Part shown: one piece after another, positions 10,964 through 20,775 of the stretch | How positions within the stretch are numbered: position 1 is the stretch's first letter | How the letters are laid out: each line of letters opens with the position of its first letter | Assembly (NCBI GenBank): GCA_963776275.1 | Contig: CAVZMI010000007.1 | Span: 1-64,000, forward strand | Reading direction: 5' to 3' | From: Ignavibacteriota bacterium | Lineage (GTDB): Bacteria > Bacteroidota > Ignavibacteria > UBA10030 > CAVZMI01 | DNA: 64,000 nucleotides | Made by a program: the position numbers and the translations under genes | Notes under the pieces: generated by a model | The model's database searches: none | What the model saw: only the letters and a program-made list of their open reading frames with translations | Told to the model about the DNA's origin: nothing

Positions 10964-13822
10964 ATGAGAAACAGAAAGCCAATCCCTCAAAAAATCAAAA
11001 CTGTCCTTCAAAAGGAAATTGGCTCAGTTTGTCCTTTTTGTCAAAGCAAAGATGTTGACCATTTTGAATTTCATCACATTGACGAGCATCCCGAGAATAA
11101 TCAAATCACAAACCTATTGATGCTTTGCCCAACTTGTCACTCCAAGATTACAAAAGATGATATTTCATATGAGGAAGTAATCAAAACCAAGCGGCGTGTT
11201 AGTGGTGAATTAAAACCAAAACTTACAAAAGAAGTTGAGGAACTCTTAACCAAGGGTAAAGTTTCTAGAAACGAAGGTAAGCTTAATGAAGCGGCTTCAA
11301 TTTATACTGAGGCATTGGCATTGTCAGAAAAGCTAAATGATCATTTTGCAATCGCTAAATGCAAACTTGCACTTGCAAGTATCTTGAATGATAAGTATGA
11401 ATTTCCATGTGAAGCTCTTAAATATATCAAGGAAAGCGAAGAATATTTTAGAGATAACAACCTTGATGATAATATTGCAGATGCATTATATGAAGCCTCA
11501 ATAGCTGAACTGGCAACAGAGGAATTTGACAATGCGAGAATGCATCTCCTTGAAGCTGTCGAAATAAACAAAAGACAAAACGATAAGTATGGAGAAGCTG
11601 AGTGTTACCACCAAATGGGTTGGCTGGAGCATGGCCAAGGGCATCTTGATAAATCAAAAGAGTTTTACCGCAAAGCAATTGAAATTTGTGAGCAAGAATA
11701 TACTAAGCAAGACAAGAAATTAATTTCATCAAGAATAGGAGCATGTTATACACATATAGCTTTAGTAAATAAAGCTGAGGGGAACATTTCAGAAGCAGAA
11801 TCGCATTTAACCAAAGGGCTCGACTACTTTCGACAGTCTGAACTGCCAATCTCTATTGGTCAAACTCTCTTTTTTCTAGCTGAGCTTAAGCTGAAAACAC
11901 AGCAATTAGGAATTGGTCAGAAGTATTTGCAAGAAGCCCTACAAATATTCTATGAAATTAAAGAATTCAGATGGCTTGCCGAAGCACTCGACTTGTTGAG
12001 TTTGCTTCACTACAACTTTGGAGATAAGCAAAAAGGTATCGAAATATTTCACGCTGCAATCAAAGCAATTGAAGAAACTAACGATACTAAAAATAAATTA
12101 AAGTATTACAGAAAGCTTGCTGAACTCTATAAGATTGAAAAAAAATATGAAGAGGCAGAGAACCTTTATCTCCAAGTTATTGATCTTTCTGACAAAGAAA
12201 ACATAGATGATGAGTACTTCCGTGCTATTATGGGAATAGTAATGCTAAAGAAAATACAGGATAAGCCAAAAGAAAGAAATGAATTTGCAAGAAAGGGCAT
12301 TGATAGACTAAAGCAAGTGCTAATCAATACTCAAAGAGAATTCAAGAAAGCCGAAACTTTAGGCGACATTGCAGCTTTATACACAGAATCTGAAAATTAT
12401 ATTGAAGCCAAAAAGTATTTATTAATATCAAAAGATGCCTTTATTAACTTGGCTAATAAAAATGGCATTGCACAATGTATCGGTGCATTGGCATACATTT
12501 ATCACCTTGAAGGTGATTATAAGAAAGAAGGCGAAACTAACAAAGAACTAAAAGAACTGACAGAGGGAACCTATAACTATTTTGCACAGGCGTCTGCCGC
12601 TTTTAATCTATGTGTTTATGAAATAGAAAATAAAAAATTTGACCTTGCAAAGAAATATTTCGACGAAGCTGAGTACTTAAATTATTCATATGATTTAGAC
12701 CTATATGAAAAACTAGATGAGTTGGAATACGGACTTAATAAAGCCAAAGATTCTTACTCTACACCGGAGTTTGGGATAAAAGAGCTAATTTATGATTTAT
12801 ACGAGTTATTAAAGTATTATCCTGAAGAAGCTGAAGATCTTCTCAGGTTTTGGCTTTATTATAATGGCAATGAATTATTTTCTAACTTCCGTCTACTTGA
12901 CGGACTAAAATTTCTTGTAGTAACTAATAATACAAACCACTTTCTTAAGTGGGCTGATTTATTTTATCCGTACTCAGAACTGTTCATTCAATCTTTTTAT
13001 GATGGTTTTGAACAAGGAGAGACAACTTATTTCCATTATCCCCATGAACGACTTATTCCTAAAGGTGTTAGTTTTTTAGCCGTCCCAGCAGACCAAGAAA
13101 TGCCGAAAGATGTTTCAAATGTCAAATTTACCATTTCAAAACTTTCAAAGGAAGAATACTTTAAAGAAAGAGCCAACAAGTCATCTATCATACGGAGACG
13201 GAGTGCAAAACTCGGGCCGTATACTCTTTTCTTTGTCGATGATAAGGATATTAAGCACCCAAACCATAAGAGCAAATGGGAATATGAGTTTAAGAAACAT
13301 GGCATCAAATTGAAACCCTACAAGGGTAATATCATCCTTGGATTTCCGATGCATTTCCCAAAGCAATTTGAATCATTGTTGTTGAAGTCAGCAGCCGATG
13401 AAATTTTAAGAAAAAAGATTTTCTTTGATTTAAACGATAGAGGCGATTATAAAGACAGATTCTTTTCCGATCTTACTATGTCCGACCAGCTTGGGTTTAT
13501 TCCAGTTTATGAATATAGGTTACCCAAATCTGAACGGGTAATTATTACAGAACATACCACAATAAATATACCTATTTTCGTCAGCTCTGATTGCGTAAAA
13601 TATGATGCTCAAATAAGATCGATCAAGAATCTAATTTTAAAATTCTCCTTAAAAGTCAAGACGGAAAATATTCAATCGAAAAATCTAAAACTTGACATTG
13701 AAGAGTATTCATACTTTTCAAATAATGACAACACAAAACTTGAACTTTATATTACTCAATTCGAAACCTATAATAAACTTGAAAAGCAGGTTGCATTGGT
13801 TTATCAACCTGAGAACAAGTGA
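10964..13822 (+). CDS. HNH endonuclease-TPR repeat protein (candidate defence protein)
   Basis: N-terminal CPFC...HHID...NLLMLCPTCH HNH/Zn motif, then many TPR-like helical repeats and an unassigned C-terminal domain. Confidence 0.8.
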   Translation: MRNRKPIPQKIKTVLQKEIGSVCPFCQSKDVDHFEFHHIDEHPENNQITNLLMLCPTCHSKITKDDISYEEVIKTKRRVSGELKPKLTKEVEELLTKGKVSRNEGKLNEAASIYTEALALSEKLNDHFAIAKCKLALASILNDKYEFPCEALKYIKESEEYFRDNNLDDNIADALYEASIAELATEEFDNARMHLLEAVEINKRQNDKYGEAECYHQMGWLEHGQGHLDKSKEFYRKAIEICEQEYTKQDKKLISSRIGACYTHIALVNKAEGNISEAESHLTKGLDYFRQSELPISIGQTLFFLAELKLKTQQLGIGQKYLQEALQIFYEIKEFRWLAEALDLLSLLHYNFGDKQKGIEIFHAAIKAIEETNDTKNKLKYYRKLAELYKIEKKYEEAENLYLQVIDLSDKENIDDEYFRAIMGIVMLKKIQDKPKERNEFARKGIDRLKQVLINTQREFKKAETLGDIAALYTESENYIEAKKYLLISKDAFINLANKNGIAQCIGALAYIYHLEGDYKKEGETNKELKELTEGTYNYFAQASAAFNLCVYEIENKKFDLAKKYFDEAEYLNYSYDLDLYEKLDELEYGLNKAKDSYSTPEFGIKELIYDLYELLKYYPEEAEDLLRFWLYYNGNELFSNFRLLDGLKFLVVTNNTNHFLKWADLFYPYSELFIQSFYDGFEQGETTYFHYPHERLIPKGVSFLAVPADQEMPKDVSNVKFTISKLSKEEYFKERANKSSIIRRRSAKLGPYTLFFVDDKDIKHPNHKSKWEYEFKKHGIKLKPYKGNIILGFPMHFPKQFESLLLKSAADEILRKKIFFDLNDRGDYKDRFFSDLTMSDQLGFIPVYEYRLPKSERVIITEHTTINIPIFVSSDCVKYDAQIRSIKNLILKFSLKVKTENIQSKNLKLDIEEYSYFSNNDNTKLELYITQFETYNKLEKQVALVYQPENK

Positions 13823-13870
13823 AAAAGGAAAAAGGAGACGGTTATTTTCATTTGAAATGCCCGAAACATC

Positions 13871-14002
13871 ATTTAATAATTGTAAAAAAATCATTCGCGT
13901 TATCACATGAAAAATTATGGTGCTAATTACATGTCCAGCCTCACGGAAAATATTTCTACTATTGTTCGACGGTACACGTCTCTTTTACAAAGCACGTTAG
14001 TT
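13871..14002 (+). repeat. attC-like site
   Basis: ATTTAAT-A-ATTGTAAAA ... TTTTACAAA-GCAC-GTTAGTT. Confidence 0.6.
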
Positions 14003-14103
14003 GCAATTGCACACACAATGATTATGACGTTAAACAGATAGAACAAAGTGCATTCCCTTTTCAACTGGTCTCTTTCAAACTTAGAGTCAGACATGGAGGG
14101 CTC

Positions 14104-14655
14104 ATGAAGCCATATAATTGTTGCAGAGTCTCAGTACTTATTCTGTTTCTTGTCGGATTCAGTACAAATCTTCTCACGAGTCAGATCATTCATCAGAGTA
14201 ACTTTCCTGAAACGCAAATGGATAAAACATTGCTGATCAAGTCATCAGGAATTGTGCAAAAAGAATGGGTTAACCAGGCCCGCTATGAGATACGACGCCG
14301 AGCAGTTGAAATAAATCGTATGATAATATCAACTACAACCGTTGACATTGGCAATAGATTAGAAATTGACCTCTTTGATGGAGCAGCATGCTTAGTTAAA
14401 TTGAATCGCGTCGTAGTTGATGTTAACAATGTTCTTTCGATGTCGGGAAGGATTGAAGGTACTCAGTATGGTTATTTTTACCTATCCACGAAAGACGGAA
14501 TATGCCTTGGGACTATAGAGGTAATCGAAAAACAAAAAAAGTATTTCATTACCTACGACAGGTCGTCATGTTCACATTACCTAACGGAGGTCGATCCGTT
14601 ACGTATCCAACATTTCGAGCATGCACCAACTTTAGTATCGCCAGATGGCGACTAA
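14104..14655 (+). CDS. Secreted protein resembling the pro-domain of reprolysin (M12-like) metalloproteases
   Basis: Signal peptide; RRRAVEIN...LEIDLFDG...SMSGRIEG pattern recalled from bacterial reprolysin N-termini (unverified family call). Confidence 0.5.
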   Translation: MKPYNCCRVSVLILFLVGFSTNLLTSQIIHQSNFPETQMDKTLLIKSSGIVQKEWVNQARYEIRRRAVEINRMIISTTTVDIGNRLEIDLFDGAACLVKLNRVVVDVNNVLSMSGRIEGTQYGYFYLSTKDGICLGTIEVIEKQKKYFITYDRSSCSHYLTEVDPLRIQHFEHAPTLVSPDGD

Positions 14656-17365
14656 GAAATCAATAGGAGTGATATTTACAAGAACAACAACATTAACTGG
14701 TATGATCTCGGTCATCGGGAAGCACATAATCATTATTGCCTTTTTGGTGTCCATAATTATAATTTCCTTCTTGATTGTTCTATTAAGGAGTATTGAAGAT
14801 CCATCAACCGAGATTCAGCAGCGCAGTAATATTTATCAAAATGCGGAACTGCGCGTTGAAATTATCCCATCTATTAGCAATACGTTTGGATATGACATAT
14901 GGCTTAATGGGAAGATACTCATCCATCAAACACACCCACCTGCACTGTCCGGGAGAGAAGGATTCAAGACAGAAGAAGATGCAAAAAGGATCGCTGAGTT
15001 TGTGGTGGAAAGAATTCGAAGAAATATGTTTCCGCCAACTGTTACAGTCGAGGAATTGGATTCATTAGAAGTTCATCTACCACTGAAAGGAGCAACATTC
15101 AAAATGACACTTAAGAGTGTTGTATTCACGCTCACGGTCTTATGTCTGTCTCATGATATCGTGGATGGTCAGGCAGCTTGGACACGAAAAGCAGATTTCG
15201 GAGGCAATTCAGGAAGTGGTATTGGTTTTTCCATCGGCAATAAGGGATACATTGCTGTTAGCCATCAAAAGGATTTTTGGGAATATGATCCATCTTCAAA
15301 TATCTGGACACAAAAAGCCGATTTCGGAGGCACCGCAAGATATGGGGCTGTCGGTTTTTCGATTGGCGATAAGGGATACATTGGAACTGGAAACGATGGA
15401 GCAGATCGAAAAGATTTTTGGGAATATGATCCGTCTTTAAATACCTGGACACAAAAAGCCGATTTCGGAGGCATCGCAAGACATGGGGCTGTCGGTTTTT
15501 CGATTGGCGATAAGGGATACATTGGAACTGGAAACGATGGATCATACTGCGAGGATTTTTGGGAATATGATCCAATAAATAATAACTGGTCAAAGAAACA
15601 CTCCTTCGGCGGCAGTATAAAAACTAGGGCTGTTGGTTTTTCCATCGGCAATAAGGGATACATTGGTACGGGCTTTGGTGATAGCGGAGATCAAAAGGAC
15701 TTTTGGGAATATGATCCGTCTTCAAATACCTGGACGCGAAAAGCAGATTTTGGAGGCACTGCAAGAGATGCTGCTGTTGGTTTTTCCATTGGCGATAAGG
15801 GATATATCGGTACAGGAATATATTCAACCGATTTCCACAACGTTGGTCAACAGAACGTATATGAAAAGGATTTTTGGGAATATGATCCAATAAATAATAA
15901 CTGGTCACAGAATCACCCCTTCGGAGGCAGTCCAAGAACTGGGGCTGTTGGTTTTTCGATTGGCGATAAGGGATACATAGGAATGGGTTTTGGAAGTGGT
16001 GTAGAGCAAAAGGATTTCTGGGAATATGTGCAGAGCAAACTGCCTGTACCAGAACAGGTTGAGCTTCTATATCCTCTGGATTCAGCTGATGTTGAAGTAG
16101 ATGCTCAAGAAACAAAGGTTCTCTTTAATTGGAATGAGACACATCCGGTGGTTATTAACTATGCGCTTGATATTTCCTCGGATTCTAATTTCAGTCCGAT
16201 TATCTTTAGCGATACATCGGTCCTTGGTACTTACCATGTGTCCGAAACTCTTGAAAACAACCAAAAATACTGGTGGAGAGTAAAGGCAAGAAATTTCGTT
16301 GGCTGGGGGCCTTATAGTGAGTCGCGTTCGTTTAACACCCTATTTGGAAATTATCCAGGCATTGATATTATGGTTGTCTATACCCCGGCTGAAGAAGTTT
16401 CGGCAGATTTCTGGGGCGGGATCGACCTCGTTATTGCGCAAGCAATGATGACGGCGCAAGAGGTAATCTATGGGAGCGGTGTAAACACGTCCATTCGTCT
16501 TGTTCACTCTGGCCTGATTAGTTACACCGAGAGCGGAGATGGACTATTAGATATAGATCGACTAACCAACACAAACGACGGATACATGGATGAGGTGCAT
16601 CAATGGCGGTATTCCTATGCTGCTGACCTTGTTGTCCTGCTTTGTAATACAGGCGGAATGGGATGGCTTCTGACAGATGTGAATGGTAGACCTGATCTTG
16701 GATTTTCTACCAGTGATGTTAATGGTGCATATCTAGATTACTCATTCATTCACGAACTTGGTCACAACATGGGTATGGAACATAGTCGCAACCAAAAGAT
16801 AAGACCAGCCCCCGCCCGGGGCGGATTATTTGAATTCTCCACAGGTTGGCGATGGATAGACAAGGATGGAGTAAAGTATGCTTCTGTGATGACCTACCCA
16901 GAGGATGCATTATGGGTACCAGTTTTTTCGAACCCAAGTATTTTGTGGGGAGAGGGTACTCCCGCGGGATCGTACGATCCCAATGACCCTTATGCTCCTG
17001 CAGATAACGCCCGCACCCTGAGAGAGATAAAGGATGTTATTGCAGGTTACAGTTCGAGACTCGCCCCAACGTTTGTTGAGCGTGACCCAACGCAAACTCC
17101 TGTAGAGTTTTCATTAGGCCAGAACTTTCCGAATCCGTTTAACGCATCGACGACCATTTCATTTAGTCTTCCATCGAAATCGTTTGCATCACTGAAAGTA
17201 TTTGATGTGATTGGAAGAGAGGTCGCAACAATTGTCTCGGAAGAATTGCCAGCAGGGAATTACTCGCGACAATGGAATGCGGTAAATATGACGAGCGGAA
17301 TTTATTTTTATCGTTTGCAGGCTGGTTCTTTTACTGAAACGAAGAAACTTATATTGCTGAGGTGA
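14645..17365 (+). CDS. Multidomain T9SS cargo: DUF4907-like, Kelch repeats, Fn3-like, M12-like zinc metalloprotease, T9SS CTD
   Basis: FGYDI...IHQ..P..G..GF.TEEDA; six W..KA.FGG..R.GAVGFSIG.KGYIG repeats; YWWRVKARN; HELGHNMGMEH metzincin motif; QNFPNPFN...YFYRLQAG. Confidence 0.82.
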   Translation: MATKKSIGVIFTRTTTLTGMISVIGKHIIIIAFLVSIIIISFLIVLLRSIEDPSTEIQQRSNIYQNAELRVEIIPSISNTFGYDIWLNGKILIHQTHPPALSGREGFKTEEDAKRIAEFVVERIRRNMFPPTVTVEELDSLEVHLPLKGATFKMTLKSVVFTLTVLCLSHDIVDGQAAWTRKADFGGNSGSGIGFSIGNKGYIAVSHQKDFWEYDPSSNIWTQKADFGGTARYGAVGFSIGDKGYIGTGNDGADRKDFWEYDPSLNTWTQKADFGGIARHGAVGFSIGDKGYIGTGNDGSYCEDFWEYDPINNNWSKKHSFGGSIKTRAVGFSIGNKGYIGTGFGDSGDQKDFWEYDPSSNTWTRKADFGGTARDAAVGFSIGDKGYIGTGIYSTDFHNVGQQNVYEKDFWEYDPINNNWSQNHPFGGSPRTGAVGFSIGDKGYIGMGFGSGVEQKDFWEYVQSKLPVPEQVELLYPLDSADVEVDAQETKVLFNWNETHPVVINYALDISSDSNFSPIIFSDTSVLGTYHVSETLENNQKYWWRVKARNFVGWGPYSESRSFNTLFGNYPGIDIMVVYTPAEEVSADFWGGIDLVIAQAMMTAQEVIYGSGVNTSIRLVHSGLISYTESGDGLLDIDRLTNTNDGYMDEVHQWRYSYAADLVVLLCNTGGMGWLLTDVNGRPDLGFSTSDVNGAYLDYSFIHELGHNMGMEHSRNQKIRPAPARGGLFEFSTGWRWIDKDGVKYASVMTYPEDALWVPVFSNPSILWGEGTPAGSYDPNDPYAPADNARTLREIKDVIAGYSSRLAPTFVERDPTQTPVEFSLGQNFPNPFNASTTISFSLPSKSFASLKVFDVIGREVATIVSEELPAGNYSRQWNAVNMTSGIYFYRLQAGSFTETKKLILLR
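15178..16030 (+). repeat. Intragenic tandem repeat (~141 bp Kelch units, six copies)
   Basis: Units starting ~15305 and ~15446 are nearly identical at the DNA level. Confidence 0.85.
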
Positions 17366-17526
17366 CGGGCAACTACAACTAAGAGCAGGTATTACGACGC
17401 TCACTTAATTGATAAAAATAAAAAAAGGTGCTCTCTCCATCCTTTTACTCATGTGAAATAAATTCTTGATAGTTTGCAAAAGTACGGCGTAGCAGTACCC
17501 TTCGACAAGCTCAGGGTCTTCGACTT

Positions 17527-17579
17527 TAGTGCAATGAAGTAAATCGCCGAGACAAAGTAGATTGTTATGCGAGTTATGC
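17527..17579 (+). repeat. attI-like site, type A copy 2
   Basis: 42/49 identity with 10752..10800, ending in GTTATGC at 17573. Confidence 0.55.
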
Positions 17580-17796
17580 GCCATGCCGCGCAGAAAATAG
17601 ATGGTGTAAACCAGCCATCCATGGCTGGTTTAGGAGATTAAAGTATCTGCAAGAAGAAGAAATCCAAATAGAACTGTGCCAATTTGCAAAAGAATCAAAT
17701 TCTAATTCATTATTTAAGGATTACATTTTTAAGAAAGTTGGAGAATTAGATCAAAAGTATGGTCAAAATAAATATTATTCTCAAGTAATAGATGGA

Positions 17797-19176
17797 TTGC
17801 TCTGTAATATTGGTAAAGAACAAAAGCATAAAGAGGTTTTAACATATGCAATATGTCGCTTAACAAAAAAAGAGAATGAACTTGATAAAGATAAATATTA
17901 TTATGATTTGGCAACGATGAAATATTCTTTAGCTGATCTTTTATATGAAAACAAAATTATGGATTTTATTGACAATAAAGAATATGCTGATATTAGAAAG
18001 AATTATGAAAAAGTTACTACAAATGATTTGAATCATTTCTTATGTGCAAGGACAAATACTGCAAATTTATTTGAAAAATATGGAAGAAATTTTGAAGCAA
18101 TTTTTGCTTATGATTCAGTGCTAAAACATGACCCCAATTTTGGTATGGCTTTAGGAAATAAAGCCAAAGCTCTCATCTATTATTTTAGATTATCACCATA
18201 TAAATCTTTAAGGCTTTTGAATTTTGCGAAAGAACTGCTTAAAAAAGCAGTTAAAGACCAAAGAATAATCGAGATTGTAGGTCAAGCCGCACTAGATATT
18301 TTTAAATATGAACTTGAAAAGATAAGGAAATACCTAAAAAAGAATAACTATAATGAAAAAAAGCATCAGCCTCATTCAATAAATGCATACTATAAATTTG
18401 TTTTAGAAAACAATTTGTTCCTGAATTATGATTTTGGATTTTATTATGATGACTTAAGTTTAGAGGATAGCTTTTTTCCAAATCTCATTGAGAATATTCA
18501 TGACGAAAAGCATCCAAATAATCCATGGATTTCAAATAAAATATATATTTGTTTTCAAACTTTTAATCAGATTTTAGAAGATTATGTTTCATCTCGTTTT
18601 CTGTTTTATCAATCCCTATCATTGAATTACTCAAAATTAGATCGTAGAGTTGCTTTCATCTATTTGCTTGATTATACAAAGAATTCAACTAAATTTGGTA
18701 TTCTTAAAAAAGTATTCGCTAATATTTATAATTGTTTGGATAAATTGGCACAGATAGTTTTATTTTATTTTGATATAATTAAAACTGATCAAAATGACAT
18801 TTATTTCCATTCATTAATAAATGAACAATTAAAAAAAATTATAATTTCCGAAAATAACTATCAATTATTAGCGTTATTAAATTTAGCTTATGATTTTCAA
18901 GAAAGCTATCCGTATTATAAATATAGGTTGCTAAGAAACAGAATTACACATTCTTTTATGAATATTAATTCAGGCATATTATATAATAATGTAAACTGCG
19001 AGTATGAATTCTTAGAAGAAGAATTAATTAAATACTGTAAAGAATTGTTTCTAATAACCAAGGCTGCGATAATGTATTTTATTTTATACTTTATACACAA
19101 TAAGCGTAATGATGACGGAGATGATAAGAAATTAATTATAAGCATGGAAGCTACTATGCAAAGAGATGTTTATTAA
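17797..19176 (+). CDS. TPR plus LA2681-like HEPN domain protein (candidate RNase defence/Abi effector)
   Basis: TPR segment (YGRNFEAIFAYD...ALGNKA), LKKVFANIYNCLDKLA and the Rx4H motif RNRITH. Very AT-rich. The frame stays open upstream to an AGGAG at 17632, so the real start may be ~17638-17647. Confidence 0.75.
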   Translation: MLCNIGKEQKHKEVLTYAICRLTKKENELDKDKYYYDLATMKYSLADLLYENKIMDFIDNKEYADIRKNYEKVTTNDLNHFLCARTNTANLFEKYGRNFEAIFAYDSVLKHDPNFGMALGNKAKALIYYFRLSPYKSLRLLNFAKELLKKAVKDQRIIEIVGQAALDIFKYELEKIRKYLKKNNYNEKKHQPHSINAYYKFVLENNLFLNYDFGFYYDDLSLEDSFFPNLIENIHDEKHPNNPWISNKIYICFQTFNQILEDYVSSRFLFYQSLSLNYSKLDRRVAFIYLLDYTKNSTKFGILKKVFANIYNCLDKLAQIVLFYFDIIKTDQNDIYFHSLINEQLKKIIISENNYQLLALLNLAYDFQESYPYYKYRLLRNRITHSFMNINSGILYNNVNCEYEFLEEELIKYCKELFLITKAAIMYFILYFIHNKRNDDGDDKKLIISMEATMQRDVY

Positions 19177-19277
19177 CAATAGCCCCTTCAAAGCCATCCT
19201 TGGCTTTGAAGAGCGAGAATTGTATTGCGCTTATATAATACTCATTTCTCTTGACTCTTAGGGGAACTTTTAGAAAA

Positions 19278-19434
19278 TATCGACACAAACTACGTCACTC
19301 ACAAATTTGCTAAGCTAGGTAAAACCTATTGGATAAAATAATAGGGTTCGTTACATCCCGCGCCGGTGCGGGTATTAAATAAGTCATTTACTAAATCCCG
19401 GCGCGGGCCGTCGTAGTTTGCGCACATGGTATGC
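19278..19434 (+). repeat. Degenerate attC-like site (family B)
   Basis: CAAACTACG/CGTAGTTTG arms; core degenerated to GGTATGC; homologous to the IS-split site at 20407/22006. Confidence 0.6.
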
Positions 19435-19476
19435 GTCATTGGTTTGCATCCCATTACAACTCTGGGAAGGATAAAT

Positions 19477-20373
19477 ATGGATACAACGGTTGAGTTTAAA
19501 ATGGATTTTCACTCTGATTGGACTGCAATGTTGAAGTCCGCTTTGCAGGAATTGGGCTATGTTGTCGATCCGAATCTCGATCCCAGTAACATTTCAATAA
19601 CATATTTCAACCTACAAAGACGACGTATTTCTGCATCTCCGAGAAAATTGTTCGTATCAAGAGAATTCACTTGCCCTACAAATCTTGACACGGGGCTCGA
19701 CCTAATCAAGAATAAGATAAAGATAGGTGACGATCTATTCCCCCATCAGAGTACTCGTCTTAATGATCCTAACTATAATGATCCCTTGTTAAATGATTGG
19801 GACATTCACCACTTGCATCTAGGAACAGTAGTCCAAACCAGTGGATTTGTTGAACGAACAGGACCTGTACTTTTTGCAAGGATTACCGAGGATTCCTTTT
19901 ATATGATTGATGTATTAGATCATGGATCCGGACTTCAACCATGGGTTAAAAGGAGATTGATTGAGATCATTCATTCGAATTGGCCGGAGTCTATCGCTCA
20001 ATATCGTATCAAAGGGATCCTTAGTGTGGAATTTAATCCGTCAGACGAAGAGATTGGGAAATTGAGAAAATCTAACCTAAACTCGACGCTGCAAATGGAT
20101 GATGGTACAATCTATGCTCCTCCAGGGGGAGGTTTTACGACTTCTGGATCTAGTGTCGAAGCCGTATTAACTACAAACAAATACACTCATCTTATTCGAA
20201 ACATCGAAAAATTTATACGGGACAACGTCGATAACCTAATCTTAGATGCCGCAAAAGCTGGAGTGACAATAGGCCCGAGACTTGATTTCAAGATGATCGA
20301 ACTTAGAAATGAATCTGTGACGATCGTGGACACTAATACGGGATTTGCGTTCAGATTCCCGATTCAGAATTGA
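19477..20373 (+). CDS. Hypothetical cassette protein with DWDIHHLHLG motif
   Basis: Long ORF with a GGAAGG RBS before ATG 19477; His-rich motif; bounded by a 23-bp inverted repeat. Confidence 0.7.
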   Translation: MDTTVEFKMDFHSDWTAMLKSALQELGYVVDPNLDPSNISITYFNLQRRRISASPRKLFVSREFTCPTNLDTGLDLIKNKIKIGDDLFPHQSTRLNDPNYNDPLLNDWDIHHLHLGTVVQTSGFVERTGPVLFARITEDSFYMIDVLDHGSGLQPWVKRRLIEIIHSNWPESIAQYRIKGILSVEFNPSDEEIGKLRKSNLNSTLQMDDGTIYAPPGGGFTTSGSSVEAVLTTNKYTHLIRNIEKFIRDNVDNLILDAAKAGVTIGPRLDFKMIELRNESVTIVDTNTGFAFRFPIQN

Positions 20374-20574
20374 TTTTCTGATTGGCCTTAGGTGCAAACC
20401 AACGGCGCATAATACGCGTGGTTACATCGCTTATACGTTTGCCGAGCTAAATTGAACCAAAACGAATATATAATAGTGTTCGCTTTTATGTAAAAAAGCA
20501 AATTAATGATATAGATTTTGGGAGCATATTTACCTTTTCAAAGATTACATAATTGACAGCAGACTCAATCGTTT

Positions 20575-20775
20575 AAATCAAGCTTTTATCAGCAGGCAGT
20601 GCTGCACCAGGCTTGAGTGCGAGACGCTGCATTTCTTTTATCAGATTATAAATATATGTGGGCACGCAGTCTCAATTAGAGCAGATATTCCACGATGAGC
20701 GGAAACTGCAGCGAACTCTAAGCGTTGCCCACTAATTATTATATTATCACGATTGAATGCTGTTGATGTCGTGTA
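20575..20775 (-). ncRNA. Predicted bridge/seek RNA of the IS1111-type element
   Basis: Hairpin 20660-20730 has an internal loop carrying UAGAGUUCGCU and AUUGAG, which match the two sides of the insertion site. A second hairpin ~20578-20616 carries AUAAAAG, matching the element end. RNA limits are approximate. Confidence 0.65.

Noticed and set aside
10540-11011. Minus-strand ORFs upstream of radA as an integrase remnant
   Set aside because: No tyrosine-recombinase motifs; the ORFs run through the promoter and the hexamer repeat.
15178-16030. CRISPR-like or DGR-like periodic repeats
   Set aside because: The repeats are in-frame Kelch units inside a CDS. There are no unique spacers, no cas genes, no reverse transcriptase and no adenine-specific variation.
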